Counted from the first letter of the stretch, positions 41,934-52,803 are shown. The stretch: DNA of 64,000 nucleotides from Candidatus Poribacteria bacterium (GCA_965218095.1 OZ244587.1:4160001-4224000); one strand, 5' to 3'. Notes: a model not told the origin generated them from the letters alone. Program-made: numbers and translations.

Positions 41934-42755
41934 TTATTCAAGTATTCGGCATCTGGCGAGCATCTGCTTGCCTCGCTCCGAGAGTTTGTCGAATTCCGCC
42001 TGAGTCATTTCGACCGGCTTTTTTTGTGCGAACCAGGGTAGGGAATAGCAAATCACCAACTCCGGCCTGGGGTGGTCCGAGCGGTTGGGCGTTCCACGGT
42101 GGAGCGTGCGTGGATCCTGAATCCACAGCGTTCCTTTCTTCATGTTGAGACGACGCCTGGTGGGAAAGTCACCCTTCTCTAGAACCTGGTCGTAGCGCGT
42201 TTCCAACTCCGGGTCAGCAAGATATTGGGTGGATGGCAATACCTCGAAGCTCCCATTTTCTTCAAAGGTGTCCACCAATGGGAACTTGACGCCGAAATGC
42301 GGACAAACTTCCAGACCGACGTGGGGAACTAACTTGGAAATTCCAGCATCTCGATGCCAATGTTGGTACTCGCTGCCGGGGTACGGGTTGTTTGAATGAT
42401 AGCAGGTAATCAGATAGTCGCTCCTGCCCCAATACCGGTCGAGAAACGCCAGCAGCGCGGGATTCTCGTAAATCTCGGGATCTGCAAACGGCGGCTCCCA
42501 GGGGACGTACATCGTGTAACGATTGACCTGCCCCAGACGGCCTTCTACAACAAGGCGGTCATCGCTGTTTCCATGCACCTTTACGCCGCTTGCGGGGTCT
42601 CTGTGAGCCTTCACCGTTTCCAAAAATGGCAGAAAAGCTTCACGGATCCGATCGATTGTCTCAACAGGTATCAAGTCTTCAAAGGTAATGTAGCCGTTGA
42701 TCTTCAACTCGGCAAGTTTCAGATCGAGGTCATAGTTGGGTAGAGAAGATGTCAT
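41934..42755 (-). CDS. PhyH-family dioxygenase (paralog of 46004-46840)
   Basis: WHRD, NGSFEVLP, LHRGTPN. Confidence 0.88.
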   Translation of the reverse strand: MTSSLPNYDLDLKLAELKINGYITFEDLIPVETIDRIREAFLPFLETVKAHRDPASGVKVHGNSDDRLVVEGRLGQVNRYTMYVPWEPPFADPEIYENPALLAFLDRYWGRSDYLITCYHSNNPYPGSEYQHWHRDAGISKLVPHVGLEVCPHFGVKFPLVDTFEENGSFEVLPSTQYLADPELETRYDQVLEKGDFPTRRRLNMKKGTLWIQDPRTLHRGTPNRSDHPRPELVICYSLPWFAQKKPVEMTQAEFDKLSERGKQMLARCRILE

Positions 42756-42926
42756 GTTCCCTCCTTATGCTGACAGTGTGCAACAGAATTAACAATGTTA
42801 AATTAGAAACGGATGCTGTTGTAAGCCTAACTTTCTAAGTTGGCTCTAAAAACCAGGATAGAATTTTGGGCTACGGGGAAATCTCACATCGTCGAGATAT
42901 TTAAATCTCGAACTGTTAAAAAAAAC

Positions 42927-44456
42927 CTATTTCGGGAGTGCCCTGGGGTTATCCCAATGCATACGTGCACTGTAAAACAACGGCGCGTATGAGGTTGCAT
43001 ACAAGGGCTTGTCTCTGTTCCCCACAGCCCCCGCGCCCCTGTCCTGGTTTTGGGCGCGTGGAATCAGCCCGCCGAGAAGTTCCTCAAGCCGTTGCTTCAT
43101 GGTTGAAACAATTTCCGGCCTCTGTTCGTGCATGTTCTGCCTTTCCTCGGGATCGGCCTGCAAATCGTACAGTTCGGGTTCTGGATCTTCCTCATCCCAG
43201 GCGGTGGCGTAGTTCCAACGGTCATCACGCACCGAAGCCCGTTTCGTCCAGCCGGTGATGGCGTAGTCGCGCAGGGTAGTTTGCTTCCCCATCGCCAGTG
43301 GCCAGACGCTGTGCCCATCCATCCCAGAAGCGGCCTGGGGGAAAGCGGCCAGGTCAAGAATGGTCGGCGCCAGGTCGTGGTTTTGTACGAAGGCGTTGAT
43401 GTCGCAATCTCGAAAAGATCTGTCGGGATGCCGGATCGTCAGGTTTTGCTGGGTGTTGAACGGGTGAAGTTCCGAATTACGCTTTCCCAATCCCGTGTGA
43501 TCAGCCAACTCAGTGCCGTGGTCGGTAAAGAAAATCACAACGGTCGAATCGGTCAATCCCAGACGGTCCAGACGCTCTAGAAACATCCCGATGTATTTGT
43601 CGGTGAAGGTTACCTCGCCCATGTAGCAGGCCTTGTAATACTCCACGAACTCTTCCGAGAGCCCCGCGATAAAGTCGCCGCGCATGTCGGAGTCAAGCGT
43701 AGGGCTCAGGATGTGTCGTGGTTGCTGGTACTTCGGTCCAGTCCAGGTGTTATTGTATCGCTTAATATATGCCAACGGCGGGTCAAAGATCTCGTGCGGC
43801 TCGAAGCAGTCGATCCATAGATAAAACGGACGATTGCGGGCATTGTCCTCGATCCAGCGACAGGCCGACGAAAAAACCTGCGGCGCAAACCAGTCGGCCT
43901 CTTGTGTACGGTCGCGAATGTTGTGGAGGTATTGTAGCACCTGGCCCTCAGAGTAGAGTGCGGCATTGGGGTCCTGCGGTGCCCTTGGCACGTAGTCGCC
44001 AAAGTAATCCTTGAAGATATTTTGGACGAGATCCCATGATCCCGTCTTCCAGCTATCACTTGTCTGTCCGCGAATCTGCTCAAAACTCAAGAATCCGCGT
44101 GTATAATTCATATTGGGCTTAAACAGATGCGGGGTATCTCCAATCAGCCCGGTGCAGTAGCCGTTCTGGACCAGGATTTCCGCGACAGTGGGGTACTCGT
44201 CGGGGATTTCGTGCCAGCCGTAATACCCGAATTTGAACGGCATGCCCCGCATGCCGGTGAAGCAACCGTTGCGGACCTGTATCGTTGCCTCTGCCTCACC
44301 GAAACAGCGTGTAAAACGAACTGATTCGGAGGCGAGTTGGTCGAGTGACGGGGTTGCGATATGGCTGAACTTCTTGCCCGATCCCACGATGTCAGCGCGA
44401 AATGTATCGACACAGACAACAACAATATTGAGGGAGTCTATTCCTGCACGTGTCAT
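42927..44456 (-). CDS. Sulfatase-like hydrolase lacking the C/S-x-P-x-R motif
   Basis: CVDTFRAD, TPSLDQLA, FEPHE, FTDHG, ELYDLQADPEE; active-site segment reads ATIQVR. Confidence 0.82.
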   Translation of the reverse strand: MTRAGIDSLNIVVVCVDTFRADIVGSGKKFSHIATPSLDQLASESVRFTRCFGEAEATIQVRNGCFTGMRGMPFKFGYYGWHEIPDEYPTVAEILVQNGYCTGLIGDTPHLFKPNMNYTRGFLSFEQIRGQTSDSWKTGSWDLVQNIFKDYFGDYVPRAPQDPNAALYSEGQVLQYLHNIRDRTQEADWFAPQVFSSACRWIEDNARNRPFYLWIDCFEPHEIFDPPLAYIKRYNNTWTGPKYQQPRHILSPTLDSDMRGDFIAGLSEEFVEYYKACYMGEVTFTDKYIGMFLERLDRLGLTDSTVVIFFTDHGTELADHTGLGKRNSELHPFNTQQNLTIRHPDRSFRDCDINAFVQNHDLAPTILDLAAFPQAASGMDGHSVWPLAMGKQTTLRDYAITGWTKRASVRDDRWNYATAWDEEDPEPELYDLQADPEERQNMHEQRPEIVSTMKQRLEELLGGLIPRAQNQDRGAGAVGNRDKPLYATSYAPLFYSARMHWDNPRALPK

Positions 44457-44639
44457 GTTCAGAGGTGCCTCCTCTATTTAGTTCTAAGCGTTCTTTTTAG
44501 GACTTACGCAGCTAATGTGCAGAACCTGCGATTTCACCGTATCCTGCATCTTGAATCCCTGATGGATCGGGGCAGGCTCTGAATCGGATACAAGATGTAT
44601 AGGAGGTTGAGGGCATAATCCGCCGGTTCAATTGCGTAA

Positions 44640-44720
44640 GTCCTGCTTTTATTAAATCGTCTTTGGTAAATTTCCAATTGAACGGTTTTGCCGTTTCATT
44701 GGAAATCGCCAAGATACATT
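44640..44720 (-). mobile_element. IS630-like transposase 3' remnant
   Basis: NETAKPFNWKFTKDDL is a typical IS630 C-terminus. Confidence 0.5.
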
Positions 44721-44768
44721 GGCACGAATCCCGTGGACATTATCGGAATTCTGCCTTCCAAATGTACC

Positions 44769-45965
44769 TTATTGTAAACGGAAGAAACTGCCAGCGATGT
44801 AGCGTGTCCCCCCGAAATTGTTGCCGTCGTCCTCCATGTAGTAGTAGGCGGTGAAGATGCGCCCATCGTCTAGTTGCGTGGCAACAGCGTAGGCCAGGTC
44901 CCAGTCGCTGGCGTCGGCGCGGATGACCGCCTCCGCTGACCAGGAGGCCCCATCATCCTCGCTCACAATCAAGCCCATCCCGTAGGGCTCCTTTCGCCGG
45001 CCGAAAATCACCACAATTCGCCCGTCCCGCAGCCGCATCGGCCAGGGCGAGCGATAGTGAACGCCCTGCTGTCTGGCGCCCGCCCAGGCGTACCGCTCAT
45101 GGCGGGCAGCCACCCACGCCGACTGACCCCAAGCAACAATTGGTTTCGGATCGCTCCAACTATAGCCGCCATCGTCGGAGTACGCCATCTGAATCGCGTT
45201 GCGGATACCGCCGATGTTGAGCATGTAGCACTGCAACCGCCCGCTGGGCAGCAGGAGTAATCCTGCGTAGGTGGGCCGCCCCAGACTTGTTGGGTCGTGC
45301 GCCACTTGAGCCAGATACTCCCAGGTGAGACCGTTGTCGTCGGTGCCATACACGGCCGTGGCATTCTCACCCCCATCGCTGCTGCTGCCAATATGCGCTA
45401 CCGCCATCTGCGTGCCATCGGGGAACTTCGCCAGGGGGTATCCGTCCACATGTACATAGTTGAGGCCTGGCGGTGGGGGCACCCGCGTCGGGACGGTCTC
45501 CCATGTGCGTCCGCGGTCCCCAGAGCGGAAGGCAAAGCATTCAGGCGTGGGTTGCCCGCCTGCATCCGCTGAACCGGTTCGTGGGCGGGCGAAGTAGATC
45601 GCCGCGTCCGGGCTGGCGAGGTCAATCTGTTCGCGGGTAACTCCTGACTCATTAGCTCGCCACAGAATAGTGCGTAATTCCTCCACGGAGCCCGAGCCAT
45701 CCCATACCACCACATCGTTTTCACGGGGCCATGTCTCTCCGTGGTCGAGCGACCGCTGGAGCAAGATTTGCCCTCGGGCCTTTGTGCCGTGGGCGACGTC
45801 TTCGCGTACTTGATAGGGGCAAGCTGCATGGTGGTGGAGGACGGCAATCTCGCCATCCCCATAGTTGAAGATTCCGCTTTGGCGCGGGTGCCCGCAGTAC
45901 CAGTCCTTGTTATAGCAAAGCTTGATATGGTGCACATCCGTGAGTTCTGGTGCAACGTGATTCAT
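44769..45965 (-). CDS. BNR/Asp-box (sialidase-fold) protein
   Basis: RSLDHGETW, SGDRGRTW, TDDNGLTW, SDDGGYSW, SEDDGASW. Confidence 0.85.
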   Translation of the reverse strand: MNHVAPELTDVHHIKLCYNKDWYCGHPRQSGIFNYGDGEIAVLHHHAACPYQVREDVAHGTKARGQILLQRSLDHGETWPRENDVVVWDGSGSVEELRTILWRANESGVTREQIDLASPDAAIYFARPRTGSADAGGQPTPECFAFRSGDRGRTWETVPTRVPPPPGLNYVHVDGYPLAKFPDGTQMAVAHIGSSSDGGENATAVYGTDDNGLTWEYLAQVAHDPTSLGRPTYAGLLLLPSGRLQCYMLNIGGIRNAIQMAYSDDGGYSWSDPKPIVAWGQSAWVAARHERYAWAGARQQGVHYRSPWPMRLRDGRIVVIFGRRKEPYGMGLIVSEDDGASWSAEAVIRADASDWDLAYAVATQLDDGRIFTAYYYMEDDGNNFGGTRYIAGSFFRLQ

Positions 45966-46003
45966 CGTGAATCCTCCTTCTCTTTAGTCGTAAAGCGTCG
46001 CCT

Positions 46004-46840
46004 TTATTCAAGTATTCGGCACCTGGCGAGCATCTGCTTGCCTCGCTCCGAGAGTTTGTCGAATTCTGCCTGAGTCATTTCGATGGGAATGGGTAATGCG
46101 AACCAGGGTAGGGAATAGCAAATCACCAGCTCCGGCCTGGGGTGGTCCGAGCGGTTGGGTGTCCCGCGGTGGAGCGTGCGTGGGTCCCGAACCCACAGCG
46201 TTCCTTTCTTCAGGTTGAGGTGGCGCTTCGTGGGAAAGTCACCCTTTTCCAAAACCTCGTCGTAGCGGGGGCGTTCCTCCAGCTCCGGATCAGCTATGTA
46301 TTGGGTGGCGGGCAATACCTCGAAGCTCCCATTTTCTTCGGAGGTATCCACCAATGGGAAACAGAACGCGAAATGCGGAGAAATCTGCAGCCCAACATTC
46401 GGAACTAAGCGTGAAACCCCACCATCTCGATGCCACCGCTGGTACTCGCTGCCGAGATACGGAGTGTTCGAGTTATAACAGTTAATCAGATAGTCGCTCC
46501 TACCCCAATACCGGTCGAGATATTCCAGCAACACCGGATTCTCGTAAATCTCGGGATCTGCAAACGGCGGCCTCCAGGGAACGTGGAGTGTCCAGCGATT
46601 CAGTAATTTCTGGTAGCCATCGGTGTCCGCTTGCGTCGAGGTCGCGGAACGCAGCTTTACGCCGCTTGCGGGGTCGCTGGGAGCCCTGTGAGCCCTCACC
46701 GTTTCCAAAAGCGGCAGAAACGCCTCACGGATCCGATCGATCTTCTCGACCGGTATAAAGTCTTCAAAGATAGCGAAACCATTGATCTTCAACTCGGCAA
46801 GTTTCAGATCCAGGTCATAGTTGGATAAAGCAGATGTCAT
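46004..46840 (-). CDS. PhyH-family dioxygenase
   Basis: WHRD, NGSFEVLP, LHRGTPN. Confidence 0.88.
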   Translation of the reverse strand: MTSALSNYDLDLKLAELKINGFAIFEDFIPVEKIDRIREAFLPLLETVRAHRAPSDPASGVKLRSATSTQADTDGYQKLLNRWTLHVPWRPPFADPEIYENPVLLEYLDRYWGRSDYLINCYNSNTPYLGSEYQRWHRDGGVSRLVPNVGLQISPHFAFCFPLVDTSEENGSFEVLPATQYIADPELEERPRYDEVLEKGDFPTKRHLNLKKGTLWVRDPRTLHRGTPNRSDHPRPELVICYSLPWFALPIPIEMTQAEFDKLSERGKQMLARCRILE

Positions 46841-47174
46841 TGGTTCCTCCTTATCGGTCTGCATAACTTCTAAGGTAAAAATTCGACTCGTTAGCGTCGA
46901 AAAAGTTTAGTCAAAACGGTTAGCTTGACGATGTATAAATGAGTGATAGAATGATGTCTCAGTTGTTCGCCTCCCTCCCCTTCCCGGTCATCGTTTCCCT
47001 CAAACGTGACAGTGCAATGATTCTTGATTGTAGCAAGGATTGGAAAAGTTATCCACAGAAAAAATTAAAAATTCCTATGTATCTGAATGAAAACTCGCTC
47101 TCATTGCACGAAATTGAGGCGCCAACCTCACCCTCAATGAACCCATCGGCGCCAATTCACACCAACATCGTCGA

Positions 47175-48149
47175 CTATGTACGTAGTCCGGCTAAAATTG
47201 CCTCCGCCAGTTCCATTGTCTTGACCGCCTCATCGAGATTGCACGCGGGCAGCGCGAAGGGATCTGCCCTGGGGCCTATTGGGAGATCCCCCTTGATGCA
47301 GTCAAGGAAATAACGGATATCCTCACGCCTTCCGTTCGTGCCCACGTCACGCAACTCGTGGCGTTGACCGTCGCAGAACACCACGCCCTGTGTCACACCT
47401 TCCAAGTATGCAGAGATGTCACGCCCGTGAATCTCGTACCGTTGAAACCGTGCATCGGTCGTGTAGTTGGCGATAAGGTGCGCGATGCAACCACTCTCAA
47501 ACACAATGAGTGCACCGTACACATCCTTGTACCGCGAGAAGGCGCGGCGCACGACGCTGTGTACCTCCGCAACCTCCGAACCCGCAATCGCCCGCACGAG
47601 GTCTATCGAGTGGATCGGCGTTTCCAACAGCATATTGTCCAGAAGTGCTTCCGGAAATCGGGCTTGTGCCTCCAAGCGGGTTATGCTCTTGTGAAACTCG
47701 CCGACCAGTTGTACCACGGGACCCCGCTCCTGGACCATCGACCACGCCTGGGCAACGATAGGGTGGAAGCGGTAACTCCAACTGACCATCGCCTTCGCAC
47801 CCGTGCGGGCAGCCGCGTCGCGCAGAGCAGTCGTCTCCGCAACGTTCATCCCCGGCGGCTTCGTCAACTCGGTGTTGACGCCACGCTCTAGACACGGCAG
47901 CGCCACACGCGCGTTGAGGTGCGCAGGGGTGATAACGAAGACCGCATCAAGCGACTCGGCATCCAATAGTTCGTCCACGCTGGCATAGCGGCCTGCCACG
48001 CCGAATTCATCGCCCGCAGCATCGCGGGCCTCGGCCACCGGGTCGCAGACGCCGACAAGTTCCACGTCTTCAAAGGTCTTCAGGTGAGCCATGTATCCGT
48101 GCCGACCGTTCGAGCCACAGCCGACAACAGCGACTCGCAGTTGCAACAT
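47175..48149 (-). CDS. Gfo/Idh/MocA oxidoreductase
   Basis: VVGCGSNG, VGVCDP, TKPPG, IHSID. Confidence 0.88.
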   Translation of the reverse strand: MLQLRVAVVGCGSNGRHGYMAHLKTFEDVELVGVCDPVAEARDAAGDEFGVAGRYASVDELLDAESLDAVFVITPAHLNARVALPCLERGVNTELTKPPGMNVAETTALRDAAARTGAKAMVSWSYRFHPIVAQAWSMVQERGPVVQLVGEFHKSITRLEAQARFPEALLDNMLLETPIHSIDLVRAIAGSEVAEVHSVVRRAFSRYKDVYGALIVFESGCIAHLIANYTTDARFQRYEIHGRDISAYLEGVTQGVVFCDGQRHELRDVGTNGRREDIRYFLDCIKGDLPIGPRADPFALPACNLDEAVKTMELAEAILAGLRT

Positions 48150-48252
48150 GATTTTTCCTCCATATCTAACTTGACAATGTTAAATTTCAGACGAGGTTCA
48201 AGTAACACATAGCTCCGAGAGATCGGAGTAGATATGCTGAATTGTCCGATGC

Positions 48253-48278
48253 GACCCCGACTCCATCGGGACTCAAAG
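48253..48278 (-). repeat. Short palindromic element CTTTGAGTCCCGATGGAGTCGGGGTC
   Basis: Matches 59045-59073 CTTCTTAGTCCCGATGCTTCATCGGGGAC. Confidence 0.55.
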
Positions 48279-49099
48279 CAGCCGACAGACGAACAGGAAA
48301 CCGGTCATAGGCAGTGAAATCCCCATTGTGGCGTGGCGTGTTTAGCCAACCCAAATAGTTCCGATAGTTCGGATACGCAGTCAGAATTTCTCTGACATAG
48401 GCTTTGTCTCCGTATAGGGATCAAGTTAAGGACTGAAATACACTGATTTCGCGGATTGACGCGGATTTTTTATTCCGTTGTCTTCGACAACCAATGCCCG
48501 AATCCGTGTCTAACAAGGATCTGCAACTCACATCAGGTTTGAGGTCATCATTCGGTGAAAATTGGTATATTGATTCAGAGGTGGCAACTCGGATTATATA
48601 CCCACATTATACCGCATGGTAGATACCAAGTCAAGCGCAGAACACAAAGACGAAACACCACCCCCAAATCCCCCCGATTGCTTCGCTGCGACTCAAGCTA
48701 GTGCTGACATCCCGTTGTCAGAGGTCTGATGGACGCGCCCCCTTTTTTCGGTTGACACCGATTTGAGGATGGGTATAAACGGATCGGCGCCTAACAGCGC
48801 CAAGTAGCAATCAGAGAAAGAAACTCGCGCGTCATCTGAAGCGTTTTTCGCAAATTGATGGCTTGCGGAAATTCAGGGGGAATTTGCGAAAACTCCCCTC
48901 ATCAACCGATTTTGTCCTTGACAGCGATACGATCCTGTGCCATAATGAAAAAACAGATGCAAAAAAGCCGAAATATACATGACTTTCTCCGTCATCAATG
49001 CGGAAAAGCAGACCTTTTGTCACCTCATATAGTCATTGAGATTGAGCGTATTGAGGTAGTCGTTAAATGCTTCCCAACTATCGAATGTACCTCGACGTG

Positions 49100-49379
49100 C
49101 GACGCACGCGGGTGATTCGAGCTGTTAGACGAGAGGTGACGGGCGAGTGCCGGTCGCTCCGGGGACCTGGCAGCAGTACTACGGGGTGAATTTCTGGGTT
49201 GCCGACCTGGCCAGGGCAGGGCGCCGAAGCATGGTAAGCATGAATGCACTGTGCGATTAAAGCAGCGGAATCCGGCGATTGAGGAGGGTATCACCGTGGA
49301 CTTTGTCGAGCTTGACGTGCGATTCTGGCACAAGCCGGGGCGTCCGTGGCCAGAGAAAAGCACGATCTTGGAACGTTGA
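49100..49379 (+). pseudogene. C-terminal fragment of an unknown gene
   Basis: Protein-like broken frames ending ...VRLKQRNPAIEEGITVDFVELDVRFW...ILER*, followed by the RBS of the next remnant. Confidence 0.35.
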
Positions 49380-49677
49380 ACCTACTGCACCACCATCCCC
49401 GAGAAAAAGGAGCAGGACATGGCAGACGACTTCATTGAGATCCGAAACCCCGTGCCGGGGACCCCGGCGCGCATCCTAGCTGAGCCTGCTTGGCGACTAC
49501 AAACCCAACATCACCCTGATGCCCGATGGCGAAATGCTGCTAGCGGCGTTCCGACCACTTCCTGCCCAACGGTAACACGCTTATCTGTGAAGGAACTGTG
49601 TCTGTTTCTGAGGGCAAGACTTTGGTGCAGATGCTCAAGGAAACCACAAATAACTGCAAAACTAAGGAGAGAAAACG

Positions 49678-50763
49678 ATGGCAGACGTAAGGAATCTTCA
49701 ACATGTGATGGTGTATCGTGATCCCGAGGGGAAGTGGAATGGGGCTTTCCCTGAGATCGGATGCATGAGCAATGGCGATCTGGTGGTGGCTTTTCGCCAA
49801 GCTCCCTATCCGGCCACGCCCATCGAAGGATTGCCAGCACGTGTGCACGCACACGGGGATGTGCGGGCTCGTGGAGCTATCATTCGCTCTACGGATGGCA
49901 GCATGACTTGGGACCACAAGACGTTTCGGATACTGGCCGAGCCACCAAATGGCGTGGAGCAGATGGCAGTAAGCGTCCTCAGCGGCGATTTCTTGCTGTC
50001 CCGCCACGCCCGATGCCGTTCCGATGGGACAGGGAACGATCTCTGGGCGCGCCGTTCTTCCGACCGGGGCGACACTTGGGACGAAGCAACGCCTGTGGAT
50101 ATGTATCCACTCACTTCGACGGCTGTGCACGCGCCGGTGTTGGAACTGCCTGATGGCACAATACTCGCCCCACACTGTGGGCCCATTGGCACAAGCGGAC
50201 CGGGTCAACACGCGCAGATTGTTATCCGCTCTACCGACCAGGGCCGGACGTGGGGCGATCCCTCCGTCATTGCTTACGACACCAGAGGATTTCATTTTTA
50301 CCACCAGTGCTCTTTGGTTCGTATGGCTGACGGCGAGATCATCGCTCTGTTTTGGTGTTGGAACATGCGCCAAGGCCTTGACGGAGAGGCGGTGAACACG
50401 CCTCACATATGGTTATCTAGATCCTGGGACGATGGGCGCACGTGGATACCGGTGGAGGAGATTCCGTTCCGTACCACCGGCGCAACTCCTAGTTTGATCG
50501 GCCTGCACGATGGCCGTCTCCTCTGCGTCTGGAGCCACCGGGGTGACCCAAGCATCCGCGCGGCAGTCAGCGAGGACCGAGGCAAGAGTTGGAGCACCTA
50601 CTATGGCACAGCACTGCGCGAAAAGCCAGGGCTGGGCTTCCGGGACATTGGGGAACCCTGCTCTAGGCAGTTGCCCGACGGGCGAATCGTCAGCGTCTAC
50701 TATTGGTTCAATAGTGACGAGGACCCTATCCTATACATTGAAGCTGCCTTTTACACCGTTTGA
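49678..50763 (+). CDS. BNR/Asp-box (sialidase-fold) protein
   Basis: AFPEI, RSTDGSMTW, SSDRGDTW, STDQGRTW, SWDDGRTW, SEDRGKSW. Confidence 0.85.
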   Translation: MADVRNLQHVMVYRDPEGKWNGAFPEIGCMSNGDLVVAFRQAPYPATPIEGLPARVHAHGDVRARGAIIRSTDGSMTWDHKTFRILAEPPNGVEQMAVSVLSGDFLLSRHARCRSDGTGNDLWARRSSDRGDTWDEATPVDMYPLTSTAVHAPVLELPDGTILAPHCGPIGTSGPGQHAQIVIRSTDQGRTWGDPSVIAYDTRGFHFYHQCSLVRMADGEIIALFWCWNMRQGLDGEAVNTPHIWLSRSWDDGRTWIPVEEIPFRTTGATPSLIGLHDGRLLCVWSHRGDPSIRAAVSEDRGKSWSTYYGTALREKPGLGFRDIGEPCSRQLPDGRIVSVYYWFNSDEDPILYIEAAFYTV

Positions 50764-50929
50764 TCTAACCCAATGAATGGGTGAGAGAAGATTGCGAGCC
50801 ACGTCGGTAGGCGAAGCTGGCGTGGCGGAGCAGAATTTGAACAAGTAGGAGGCCGTGTTACGGTCTATCTACCGGATTGGTTCTACAGATAGCTTCCCGA
50901 CGGCCTAATTGCGCAAGACCTGGTGTCCA

Positions 50930-51308
50930 CCAACTAGTCTTCGACAACGGGATGTACAAGCGCCACACATCGCGGGTTCTGGAAGTGGATCCGATGACGA
51001 ACCAGATCGTGTGGAGCTCTCCCGAGAACTGGTACTCGTGGCACATGTCCGGGGCACAACGCCTACCCAACGGGAACACGTTGATCTACGATGCTCCGGT
51101 GGGACGGCTGTTCGAGATCACGGCGGAAGAGGAGACCGTGTGGGAGTACTGGAGCCCGTATACCAGGGAAGGGGAGGTTGGCGACCTGGGCGGGGACACG
51201 GAGTTCGATAATCGGCTGGGAAAGGACACCCAGCGGTTGATCTACCGGGCGACGCGGTATCCGAAGGAGCACGTAGAGCGGTTGCTGCAGGAGCATGGGG
51301 GAGGCTGA
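50930..51308 (+). pseudogene. Aryl-sulfate sulfotransferase-like C-terminal fragment
   Basis: LVFDNG, SRVLEVDP, SGAQRLPNGNTLI, GRLFEIT, VWEY, IYRATRYP. Confidence 0.7.
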
Positions 51309-51503
51309 ATAGCGGAGAGCTTCAACGGTTCAATCAGCATCGTCCGGGTGTATGGCCAGGCGCTTGGCCCGGGTGCGATTCGCGGCAACTTCATTGGCTG
51401 TTAATTCTGCGGACAAACTCACAACAACCTGGGGCCGCGTGAAAAGGGATTACTAACTGCCATAGGGTCATTATTGAAAAATAAACAGAGAAAGAAAACA
51501 AAT

Positions 51504-52730
51504 ATGGACCGAGCCGTCCCAACACTAACCGACATACACCACAGCAAGCTCTGCTACAGCAAGGACCGCTACTGCGGCCACCCGCGTCAGTGCGGAATCC
51601 ACAACTTCGGTAACGGTGAGATCGCCGTGCTCCACCACCATGCCCAAGCAGCCTACCAGAACTACGACGACATCACACACGGCTGGGACGATGTCGGCTA
51701 CAAGCGCCGCTGCCAGATCCTGCTCCAGCGTTCGCTCGACCACGGCCAGACCTGGCCGCGCGAAAACGATGTGACGGTCTGGAACTACAACCGTCCGTGG
51801 GACGAACTCCGCGAGTTGCTGTGGCGGGCCGATGACCCGAGCATGGCCCGCGAGACGATTGATCTGAGCAGCCCGGACGCCGTGATTTACTTCGGCCGGG
51901 CGTTGACAGGCAAAGAGAACAAAACTGGTGAGCACACCTTCGAGTGCTTTGCTTGGCGTTCGGGCGACCGCGGACGGACGTGGGAACAGGTGCCGACCCG
52001 CGTGCGACCACCGTCCGGGATGAATTATGTGCACATAGATGGCGGGCCGCTGGCGAAGTTCTCTGATGGCACCCAGCTAGCGGTAGCCAGCATCGGCGGA
52101 GACGACAGCGATGTCGGATTAACTCAGTCGGTCAATACAGGTCTGGGGATCTATGGCACCGACGACAACGGCCTGTCCTGGAAGTACGTAGCCGAAGTAA
52201 CGCGAGACACAACTGGGCGAGGGCGACCCACCTATGGCGCACTCGTCCTGCTGCCGAGTGGTCGATTGCAGTGCTATATGAACCAGATCGGGGGCATCCG
52301 CAACGGCATTCAGATGAACTACTCCGACGATGGAGGCTATAGTTGGAGCGAGCCACAGCCCCTTGTTGTCTGGGGACAGTCGCCCTGGGCATCGCTGACG
52401 CGGGACCATGCCTGGGCGGGGGCGAAGCGTAGCGGTCCCTGCTACCGCGCTCCGTGGCCGCTGCGACTACGGGATGGGCGGATTGTGGTGGTCTTCGACC
52501 GACGGCGCCCGCCGTTTGGGATGGGCCTGATCGTCAGCGAAGACGACGGCGCCATGTGGTCGGCCGAGGCGGTGATCCGTGCCGATGCCAGCGACTGGGA
52601 CCTGGGCTATCCGGTGGCCACGGAACTGGATGATGGGCGGATCTTCACAGCCTACTACTACATGGAAGACGACAAGAACAATTTCGGAGGCACGCGCTAC
52701 ACCGCTGGCAGTTCTTTCCAAATCGAATAG
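51504..52730 (+). CDS. BNR/Asp-box protein (paralog of 44769-45965)
   Basis: YCGHPRQ and five Asp-boxes; C-terminus almost identical to the paralog. Confidence 0.85.
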   Translation: MDRAVPTLTDIHHSKLCYSKDRYCGHPRQCGIHNFGNGEIAVLHHHAQAAYQNYDDITHGWDDVGYKRRCQILLQRSLDHGQTWPRENDVTVWNYNRPWDELRELLWRADDPSMARETIDLSSPDAVIYFGRALTGKENKTGEHTFECFAWRSGDRGRTWEQVPTRVRPPSGMNYVHIDGGPLAKFSDGTQLAVASIGGDDSDVGLTQSVNTGLGIYGTDDNGLSWKYVAEVTRDTTGRGRPTYGALVLLPSGRLQCYMNQIGGIRNGIQMNYSDDGGYSWSEPQPLVVWGQSPWASLTRDHAWAGAKRSGPCYRAPWPLRLRDGRIVVVFDRRRPPFGMGLIVSEDDGAMWSAEAVIRADASDWDLGYPVATELDDGRIFTAYYYMEDDKNNFGGTRYTAGSSFQIE

Positions 52731-52803
52731 CCGCCACAGAGAGCACGGAGTCAGAGGAGCCGGAGGGGAGGAATGGGACGTAGATCCCAGAAAGGAGAGC
52801 ACA

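Noticed and set aside
41855-46840. PhyH duplicate as a DGR template/variable repeat pair
   Set aside because: Whole-gene duplication, differences not confined to adenines, no reverse transcriptase in the window
48844-48900. Inverted repeat TTTTCGCAAATT / AATTTGCGAAAA with promoter-like TTGACA-N17-CATAAT downstream
   Set aside because: Probably abutting IS-end remnants, but no transposase or TSD could be supported
49080-49380. GC-rich stretch as a structured ncRNA or riboswitch
   Set aside because: Reads as a broken protein C-terminus ending before an RBS; no recognisable RNA motif
49540-50406. 288-aa minus-strand ORF
   Set aside because: Antisense shadow of the BNR gene
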